DNA of 64,000 bases from Hypanus sabinus (taxonomy: Eukaryota): assembly GCF_030144855.1 (NCBI RefSeq), contig NC_082719.1, positions 69,564,001 to 69,628,000 of the forward strand. Reading direction: 5' to 3'. The notes beneath the pieces are model-generated. The model saw nothing but the letters and a program-made list of their open reading frames with translations, did not search any database and had not been told where the DNA came from. This document shows positions 55,201 through 64,000 of the stretch, piece by piece (position 1 is the first letter of the stretch; each line of letters starts with the position of its first letter). Both the position numbers and the translations under genes were made by a program.

Positions 55201-56428
55201 GGATGGAGATTTGAAAGCACCTTTGAGGACTGAACAGAGATTTTGCTTGAAATTATCATCCAGTCCATGCTTCCTTTCTCCAGTGTAGAGGAGACAACAG
55301 TGTGAGGACTGAATGAAGTACACCAAACTGGATCATTGCATTTGGTGGTTATGATATTGCTTGACTCACGCATCTGCCCAATGTAACATTTACACTGTGA
55401 TAAGGAAAATTGTTAGTTTTTTCTTTCTTTTCTTTTTCAATTTTTTCATTAAATTTTCAAAGTCGAATACATAGCAGTCATAATAGTACAAGGGAGTGTG
55501 AGTACGTTGTCGGCAATTAACACATGTGAGTAGAAACTATAGGTAACACCAATATAATTGACCTCCCAAACTCTTAATATAGACAAGATACAAAAAAAAT
55601 AAAAAACGGAAAAAAACCCCAAATGAAAAATGAAAAACAAAGTGAACTAAACTAAACGAAGCTGGGCTATTCTATTATATCAGCTAAAGTAACTAATGTC
55701 ATCAACTCCGCTCCTCTACTCAAATTAATAAATAATATAAAGGAATCAGAAAAGGTCAGATTACATTCTATGAAAGTATTGAATAAATGGCCTCCAAGTT
55801 TCTTCAAATTTAACCGAAGGATCAAAGGTACCACTTCTAATTTTTTCTAAGTTTAAACAAGATATGGTCTGGGAAAATTGAGGTGTAGTTGGGGGATTCA
55901 TCTCTTTCCAATTCATTAAAATAGATCTTCTAGCCATTAAAGTAGCAAATACAATCATCCACCGAGCGGAAGAGGGCAGATCAATCATTCGTAAACCGAA
56001 AATTGTGGTGATAGGGCGAGGTTGTAAATTGTTAGCTTTTCCAATGACAAAAAAAAAGTAATAAAACTTCTTCATCATGTTCAATATTATAATTTAGACC
56101 TACAAGAAAATTGACAAGCAAAATATATATCCTTCTAAGAAATTTTCTTGAATTTGCTACTTGGTGCACTCTAAACAAGGAAGTAAACATGAAAGGTTAA
56201 AAGATGTAGTCATAACTATAGGAAATGTTAATTCATCGAACATTAAAAATGTAGGTTAATAATCTTAAAGTATGTTAAGGAACAGATTATACCACTTAAA
56301 CAGCGTTTTAATAAATTCCAAAACAAATATGATATTTTGAAGTTGTGCTTATTTTGTTACTTACAGGCTGGAGTTAAGAGAAAAGAAATCAATGGAACAT
56401 TTAGAGCATACTTCAATAGTAACTTCAT
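46147..56428 (-). CDS. Granzyme K/A-like tryptase, gene 3 (267 aa; exons 56428-56365, 52227-52068, 50436-50274, 47991-47725, 46296-46147)
   Basis: [43 protein letters not shown]...VLTAAHC...NDIMLLQL...[14 protein letters not shown]...KPGIYTRL...ISK*. Intact frame and canonical introns; lacks the GZMA-type dimer Cys. Confidence 0.93.
47725..47991 (-). CDS. Gene 3 exon 4
   Basis: [11 protein letters not shown]...CSVAGWG...KDSCQ; canonical splice sites. Confidence 0.95.
50274..50436 (-). CDS. Gene 3 exon 3
   Basis: [18 protein letters not shown]...NDIMLLQ; ttaatag acceptor and GTACGG donor. Confidence 0.9.
50665..51890 (-). mobile_element. Cluster of decayed CR1 fragments
   Basis: ORF 51681..51863 (SQHGF..SRACLT.LI.FFEEV...MDFTKAF) and two CR1 3' ends. 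Confidence 0.65.
52068..52227 (-). CDS. Gene 3 exon 2
   Basis: ORF 52064..52264: HGEEIIGG...WVLTAAHCE. Confidence 0.95.
52584..52727. mobile_element. Penelope-derived fold-back element with 14-bp TSD
   Basis: tgttaggattaggt at 52570-52583 and 52728-52741. Confidence 0.85.
53460..54230 (+). mobile_element. L1-clade LINE 3' end
   Basis: HMFWSC..L..FW...[10 protein letters not shown]; T-rich 3' UTR and aataaa. Confidence 0.8.
55425..56035 (-). mobile_element. L1-clade LINE 3' end
   Basis: ORF 55761..56084 ([10 protein letters not shown]...LEKIR...FEETWRPF). Confidence 0.8.
56365..56428 (-). CDS. Gene 3 exon 1 (signal peptide)
   Basis: [21 protein letters not shown] with phase-1 GTAAGT donor; upstream promoter motif homologous to gene 1. 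Confidence 0.85.
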
Positions 56429-56461
56429 TGTCTCTTCCTTTTGATCACTGCAAGGATACTT

Positions 56462-56494
56462 GTAATTTAGTACACACTCAGAAGGATGTGGTTT
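56462..56494 (-). promoter_or_regulatory. Gene 3 proximal promoter (RUNX site, degenerate TATA)
   Basis: GTAATTTAGTACACACTCAGAAGGATGTGGTTT is colinear with the gene 1 promoter. Confidence 0.6.
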
Positions 56495-57409
56495 GTTCAG
56501 TTTATTGCCACCTCAGTGAATCTGAACTTAATAATCTCTCACTTAAGAAACAATTCTAATTATGAGAAGTCACATGACACATTCAAAACTAATGTGTGAA
56601 GTCCAACAAATTTCAGTGACAGGTAATTAGGTTTTCATAGAAATCTTCTTAAAATTATGGAACCTGCCTCTTTATTGTTGATTCCATTGAAATATTCTAA
56701 TAATGTCAAGGATTTGCAGGATTGGGATCCTGCACTTAAAACTGTCTAAATGATATCAAAGATGAATGTTAAGTTTAAGGATACATTGAGAGAATATGTA
56801 CTTTAAAGAGGATTACATTAAAATGGGGTCAGTCTACATTAAATTAGAGGAAAATAATTGAATGTAAGTTTATTCTAATGGCTCAGATTATCTAATTGAA
56901 TACCTGCCATTTACTAGATGCCTGCTCATTAGTATTGATGTATCTGATGAACTCCTGTCTGAGCTTAACAAATTGACCCCATGGCAGCTACTGCACAAAT
57001 CAATACTCTACTTACTACTAGCCGGGATTGTCACTTGACTATTCTCCAGCTTACTTCAATCCTGCTGGTAAAATTTTCCATCAATCTGCTGCAAGCAACA
57101 AATACGACTGGAATACATAGTTGTTATTAATCATATCAAAATGTAGATTGCATATTGTGATTAAAGATTAAAGAAGTGTGAACTGATTCTTGTCCATGGA
57201 TTTTATTGTTTGGTTCCACCACTATTTCAATGACAATTGATAATTTCACTCAGCACTTTAAGGGGAGGTTTACAATGTGATCTTAATTTTAATAATAATT
57301 TGTCACCAGCTTAATATTAGCTGATCGTTGCAACTAACTTTTTTTTTTGAAAATTGAATTAATGTATTAGCCAAAGCTATTTGAAGCACTTCACACAAAG
57401 ATTTCTATA

Positions 57410-58255
57410 CACTCTGTGGCCACTTTATTAGGTACACCCAAGCACCTGCTCATTAATGCAATACCTAATCAGCCAATCATGTGGAAAAATGGAAACATAG
57501 AAAACCGACAGCACAGTACAGGCCCTTCAGCCCACAAAGCTGTACCGAACATGTCTTTACCTTAGAAATTACCTAGGGTTACCCATAGCCCTCTATTTTT
57601 CTGAGCTCCATGTACCTGTCCAGGAGTCTCTTAAAAGACCCTATTGTAATTGCCTCCACCACTGTTGCCAGCAGCCCATTCCACACACTCACCACTCTCT
57701 GAGTAAAAAACCTAACCTTGACATCTCCTCTATACCTGCTTCCAAGCACCTTAAAACTGCCCACTCGTGCTAGCCATTTCAGCCCTGGGAAAAAGCCTCT
57801 GACTATCCACACGATCAATGCCTCTCATCATCTTATAAGCAACTCAGTGCTTAAAAGCATGTAGATATGGTCAAGAGGTTCAGTTGTCCAGACCAAACCT
57901 CAGAATGTGATTCAGGGAAGAAATGTGATTGAAGTGACTTTCACAATGGGATAATTTTTGGTGCCATACAGGGTGGTATGAGTATTTCAGAAACTCCCGA
58001 TCTCCTGGGTTTTCATGCAGAGTATTCTCTGGAGTTTACAGAGAATGGTATAAGCCAGTGAGTGGCAGTTCTGTGGATGAAAACACCTTGCGGATGAGAG
58101 AGATCAGAGGAGAATGACCAGACTGGTTCATGCTGACAGGCTAAGAGGCAAAATACCTCAAATACCCACACATTACAATAGTAGTGTGCAGAAGAACGAA
58201 GTGCTCAACACATTGAATCTTGAAGTGGAAGTACCTAATAAAGTGGCCACTGCAA
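57410..58255 (+). mobile_element. Tc1/mariner deletion derivative with nested CR1 (57487-57835, minus strand)
   Basis: TIRs gtggccactttattaggtac / gtacctaataaagtggccac; GKKCD..DF..G.I.GA...G.SISET.DLLGF HTH remnant. Confidence 0.8.
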
Positions 58256-59434
58256 TATGATATCAACATTAAAATATATAAAATATACAAGTAATACATG
58301 AATTTAGATAGTCCACGCAGATCAATATAGATACATAATCTTCTTTTTCTCTCAAATGGTTTAATACTGTATTCTATTGACCTCACACACACACACAGTG
58401 CCACTACCATTTCTCCTACCATCAATACTCTCTGTACCAATAACGTCTCATAACCAGGCATCACTATTTCACTACCACAGTCCTCAAGAAATGAACACTT
58501 CTCTTCCACCATCTTACATCCTCATTGCCATAGGAGCCCCAGAATGTGCCTGAAATTTGGTCCTTCCAGGTGACCCACTAACACCTCTTACAGGAGTGAT
58601 GGAAAACCTTAGCAGGGGTTGGATCATTCCAAGAGGAGGCTTCTCACTTAGTGGATAGTCTGGAGTTTCTGGTGGCACGGTGATGGACTTGTAAGGGTTC
58701 TGAGCCACTGGAGGGAGGACGGTCGACAAGTTAGTGTTTCAGCAACCGCCCAGTACTCCATTATTCCAGGCCAGATAAGATTTGGCATTTACTTAGACTG
58801 ACCGTTGCATGGGTGAACTACCCATTCAGTATCTTCTGCATCACCATGTAAAACACATGTTTCTGAGTTATTAACAGTGCAAGTTATGTGAAGACAAAAC
58901 TAACATAATGAATGAAAAGTTAATAGCTAACTGGTAGTGGTTGGTGGTAAACCAATTGGAATAGATGGATAGGGATTGTGACTGAGTGAAGCAATGGATA
59001 AGGATAGGTGAAATAATTTTACAGGCCATCCCTGCGTTATGAATAAGCCCTGTCTCTAAAGACGTCCTTATGCTGAATTTTTCCTGAAGTCAGAAAATAC
59101 AGACAAATCACTCAATATAGTAACTATACCCCCACAATATTGTAGTGGATGGCATCAAAAACACTTAAGACTCTTAAGAACACTTACTAAAAGTGGAGAG
59201 GAGGAGAAAACTACTTCTGCCTTTCAAAGGAACAAGCGTTTTGTATATTCATTGAGCTCTGAAATTACTAATATTGGGGGAGCTTGCTCACAACAGGGAG
59301 ATTCCTGTGTCAGGCATACATAATCCAGGGTCATTCTAACTACTGTCTAGCAATATCTCTGGAAGGTTGTGAATTTGCAAACAGGACCTGTGTGGGTCTG
59401 ATTACTGTTTACATCAGTGGTGCAGAGGTGGAGA

Positions 59435-59878
59435 TAGAACACAAAACATAGAAGTACAGCACAGGCCAGGCTGCCCGGCCCACAATGGTTTGGCCGAACC
59501 AGCTGAAAAGCAAGTCAGAAACACCCAAGCATTAATCCCTCCTTCCTACACAATGTCTGTATCCCTTTATCTTCCTCACTTTCATATGCCTATCTAAACA
59601 TCTCCTCAAATCTTCTAATGTATTGGCCTCAGCCGGGCAGCACATTCCAGGCATCCACCACTCTCTGAGAAATTGCTAACCCCGAGATCCTCTTGGAATC
59701 TAGCCCTCTCATCTTCAATTTTAACCGTTTCAACAGTGGAAACAGATGTTCCCTGTCTGCTCTATCTATGCCTCTTATCATCTTATAAACCTCTATCAGA
59801 ATTCCTCTCAGTCTCACTGCTTGACAGCACCTGTCCTCTAAACCAGGCAGCATTGTAGTAAACCTCTCCTGCACCCTC
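59435..59878 (-). mobile_element. Older CR1 3' end
   Basis: ORF 59629..59874. Confidence 0.75.
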
Positions 59879-59911
59879 TCTCATGACAGGCTAATCAAGA
59901 AGATTGAGATA

Positions 59912-62495
59912 CGATAGAACATAGAATAGTACAGCACAGTACGGGCCCTTCAGCCCACAATGTTGTGCTGACACTTAAACCCTGCCCCCCATATAACCTG
60001 CCACCTTGAATTCCTCCATATACCTGTCTAGTAGTCTCTTAAACCTCACTAGTGTGTTGCCTCCATCACTGACTCAGGCAGTGCATTCCACGCACCAACC
60101 ACTGAGTGAAAAACCTTCCTCTAATATCCCCCTTGAACTTCCCACCCCTTACCTTAAAGCCATGTCCTCTTGTATTGAGCAGTGGTACCCTGGGGAAGAG
60201 GCGCTGGCTGTCCACTCTGTCTATTCCTCTTAATATCTTGTACACCTCTATCATGTCTCCTCTCATCCTTCTTCTCTCCAAAGAGTAAAGCCTTAGCTCC
60301 CTTAATCTCTGATCATAATCCATACTCTAAACCAGGCAGCATCCTGGTAAATCTCCTATGTACCCTTTCCAATGCTTCCACATCCTTCCTATAGTGAGGC
60401 AACCAGAAATGGACACAGCACTCCGTGTGGCCTAACCAGAGTTTTATAGAGCTGCATCATTACCTCGCGACTCTTAAACTCTATCCCTTGACTTATGAAA
60501 GCTAACACTCCATAAGCTTTCTTAACTACCCTATCTACCTGTGAGGCAACTTTCAGGGATCTGTGGACATCTACCCCCAATCCCTCTGCCCCTTCACACT
60601 ACTAAGTATCCTGTTATTTACTTTGTACTCTGCCTTGGAGTTTGTCCTTCCGAAGTGTACCACCTCACACTTCTCCGGGTTGAACTCCATCTGCCACTTC
60701 TCAGCCCACTTCTGCATCCTATCAATGTCTCTCTGCAATCTTCAACAATCCTCTGCACTATCTACAACACCACCAACCTTTGTATCGTCTGCAAACTTGC
60801 CAACCCACCCTTCTATCCCCACATCCAGGACATTAATAAAAATCACGAAAAACAGAGATCCTAGAACTGATCCTTGTGGGACTCCACTAGTCACAACTCT
60901 CCAATCTGAAATTACTTCCTCCACCATGACCCTCTGCTTTCTGTAGGCAAGCCAATTCTGAATCCACCTGGCCAAACTTCCCTGGATCCCATGCCTTCTG
61001 ACTTTCTGAATAAGCCTACTGTGTGGAACCTTGTCAAATTTCTTACTGAAATCCATGTAGATCACATCCACTGCACTACCCTCATCTATATGCCTGGTCA
61101 CCTCCTCAATGAACTCTATCAGATTTGTTAGACATGATCTGCCCTTCACAAAGCCATGCTGACTGTCCCTGATCAGACCATGATTCTCTAAATGCCGATA
61201 GATCCTATCTCTAAGAATCTTTTCCAAAACCTTTCCCACCACAGATGTAAGGCTCACTGGTCTATAATTACCCGGACTATCCCTACTACCTTTTTTGAAC
61301 AAGGGGACAACATTTGCCTCCCTTTAATCCTTCAGTACCATTCCTGTGGACAACAAGGACATAAAGATCCTAGCCAGAGACACAGCAATCTCTTCCCTTG
61401 CCTTGTGGAGCAGCCTGGGGAATATTCCGTCAGGCCCTGGGAACTTATCCGTCCTAATGTACAAAGTATTTTAACAACTCCAACACCTCCTCTCCCTTAA
61501 TATCAAAATGCTCCAGAACATCAGCCTCACTCATATTGTCCTCACCACCATCAAACTCCCTCTCATTGGTGAATACCGAAGAGAAGTATTCACTGAGGAC
61601 CTCGCTCACTTCCACAGCTTCCAGGCACTTCTTCCCACCTTTATCTCTAATCGGTCCTACCATCACTCCTGTCTTTCTTTTGTTCTTCACATAATTGAAG
61701 AATGCCTTGGCATTTTCCTTTACCCTACTCGCCAAGGCCTTCTCATGCCCTCTTCTTGCTCTCCTCAGCCCCTTCTTAAGCTCCTTTCTTGCTACCCTAT
61801 ATTCCTCAATAGAACCATCTGATCCTTGCTTCCTAAACATCATGTATGCTGCCTTCTTCCACCTGACTAGATTTTCCACTTCACTTGTCACCCATGGTTC
61901 TTTCACCCTACCATTCTTCATCTTCCTCACTGGGACAAATTTATCCGTAACATCCTGCAAGAGATCCCTAAGCATTGACCACATGTCCGTAGTACATTTC
62001 CCTGCAAAAACATCATCCCAATTCACACCTGCAAGTTCTAGCCTTATAGACCCATAATTTGCCCTTCCCCAATTCAAAATTTTCCTGTCCTCTCTGATTC
62101 TATTCTTTTCCATGATAATGTTAAAGGCCAGGGAGTGGTGATCACTGTCCCCCAGATGCTCACCCACTGACAGATCTGTGACCTGACCCAGTTCGTTACC
62201 TAATACTAGATCTAGTATGGCATTCCCGCTAGTCGGCCTGTCAACATACTGTGACAGGAATCCGTCCTGGACACACTTAACAAACTCTGCCCCGTATAAA
62301 CCATTGGAACTAATCAGATGCCAATCAATATTAGGGAAGTTAAAATCATCCCTGTTATTTTTGCGCCTTTCCAAAATCTACCTCCCAATCTGCTCCTTGG
62401 TATCCCTGCTCCTACCAGGGGGGCTATAGAATACCCCCAGTAGAGTAACTGCTCCTTTCCTGTTCCTGACTTCCACCCATACTGACTCAAAAGAG
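59912..62495 (-). mobile_element. Younger CR1 LINE, 2.6 kb ORF2 remnant (endonuclease C-terminus and RT), frameshifted
   Basis: ORFs 61454..62374 (DFNFPNIDW, ILDLVL, GDSDH), 60742..61302 (NYRPVSLTS, GVPQGSVLG, KFADDTK), 60389..60580 and 60066..60323. Confidence 0.93.
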
Positions 62496-62499
62496 GAAG

Positions 62500-62880
62500 A
62501 TGCATGGGTCCATGGCAAATTGGCTATTTGGCTTATGCATAGAAAGCACAGGGTAATGTTTGGAGAGGTCTGTAATTAGTGGTGTCCCACAGGGATCTGT
62601 GTGGGACCTCTGCTGTTTGTGACGTGTATAAATGACCTGGATGAAATTGGCGATGGGTGAGTTAGTAAGTTTGCAGATGATACCAAGATTGGTGGAGGTG
62701 TGTAAAGTGTTGAAGACTGGCAAAGAATACAGCGTGACGTAGACCAGTTGCAGATATGCGTGGAAAAATGGAAGATGGAGCTTACCCCAGATAAATATGA
62801 AGAATGGCACAGTACAAATGCAACGAGACAGTACAACGTTAAGGGCGAGATCATAGGAACAGGCTCCATGGTGCACAATG
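62500..62880 (+). mobile_element. Decayed CR1 RT fragment
   Basis: SGVPQGSVWD / SKFADDTKIGG read on the + strand. Confidence 0.7.
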
Positions 62881-64000
62881 TTGTGCTGAGTCTGCTAAAA
62901 AGCATAATTGGCTTTCACCATATTTCACCATCGTACACAATCGCATTTCCTTTTCTGGTTTCTGATGTGGACAGTGTTGACAAAGCAGAGTTTGTGATGA
63001 TTTGTCTGCAGATTTTGGAACTGGCTTATTTATACTGTTTTTATTGAAGAAATTAGTCAGTGTGGACACAGCACAAGATTTTTGTGGACACTTGTTATTA
63101 CAAATTAGAGGGATCATTGCTGGGCAGTTTAGGAGTGAATGTATAAAGGACTGTTCTTACATCAAATACAATGAAAATTTTTATTGGCCGTGTATATTAA
63201 GGGACACAACATAGGTATGTAATGATGTGAGGAAAGTTAGCTATAATTCAATTCAACAGTGGAAAAGACTCAAATCTGATGTCTGTGTCTAAATTTCTGA
63301 ACTTAATTTTAAGAGGACAATTGTTTCTAATATGCACCTGCATTTGCAAAGCATACAGGAATGGTGAAGGCAAAAACTTTTGTGTATAGACATTTTTTTG
63401 TACTATCAAGTCAAGTCAAATCACTTTTATTGTCATTTCGATCATAACTGCTGGGAGAGTACACAGTAAAAATGAGACAACTGTGTTTCAGAACCATGGT
63501 GTTACATGACACAGTACAAAAACTAGACTGAACTACGTAAAAACAACACAGAACAAAACTACACTAGACTACAGACCTACTCAGGACTGCATAAAGTGCA
63601 CAAAACAGTCACCCAAACACAACACTTATTGTGGAGAGCTTTTATCAATTCTTTTATTTTTTTCCATGCTGTGGCTGTCACTAGAAAGATTGGAATTGTC
63701 CATTCTTAGATACCTCGGATATGATCTCTGAGCGATAAAGTTTTAAGGGAATTGGGGAATCTCAGATTCCTGTAAATAATCATTAAAGTTGAGTTTGTGT
63801 GTTCATGTGAGAATGGCTGCAGTTTGAGCAGCTGTTGTCTCCTTTCTTTTCACACCTTTTGATTTCGTGTTTAAATTTCAACTTTGGGTTAAGTACCAAC
63901 TATGTCTGTAACTGCAGTATGTTTGAATAACGTCTCACAACTACTTCTTTGAGTGGAAATGAGGTTACGTCCACACTAGTAACTAGTAGAGTGGATAGGG

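Overview
Vertebrate genomic DNA. The repeat content (HE1/V-SINE, CR1, Rex1/Babar, Penelope) points to a cartilaginous fish, probably a ray; this is inference. The window holds a tandem cluster of three apparently intact, five-exon granzyme A/K-like tryptase genes on the minus strand: gene 1 at 6408-15175, gene 2 at 19985-39017 and gene 3 at 46147-56428. I reconstructed them by hand from splice sites. Each has phase 1/2/0/0 introns, a signal peptide, a pro-dipeptide, the IIGG N-terminus, the His/Asp/Ser triad and Asp189. Genes 1 and 2 lie in a ~15 kb tandem duplication (about 30-14335 vs 15840-31665). Highlights: (1) genes 1 and 2 have unrelated exon 1/promoter sequences, suggesting a chimeric gene; (2) exon 2 is nearly identical between them while exons 3-5 differ almost only at amino-acid-changing sites; (3) all three genes share a RUNX-containing proximal promoter module; (4) a duplicated conserved block carries a consensus ISRE; (5) intron 2 of gene 2 holds a 3.1 kb CpG-rich 35-bp minisatellite with a 1610-bp higher-order period; (6) many Penelope-derived fold-back elements carry degenerate minimal type I hammerhead ribozyme motifs. 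The rest is mostly decayed LINE, SINE and DNA transposon sequence. I see no evidence for a wholly new biological system; the novelty is at locus level.
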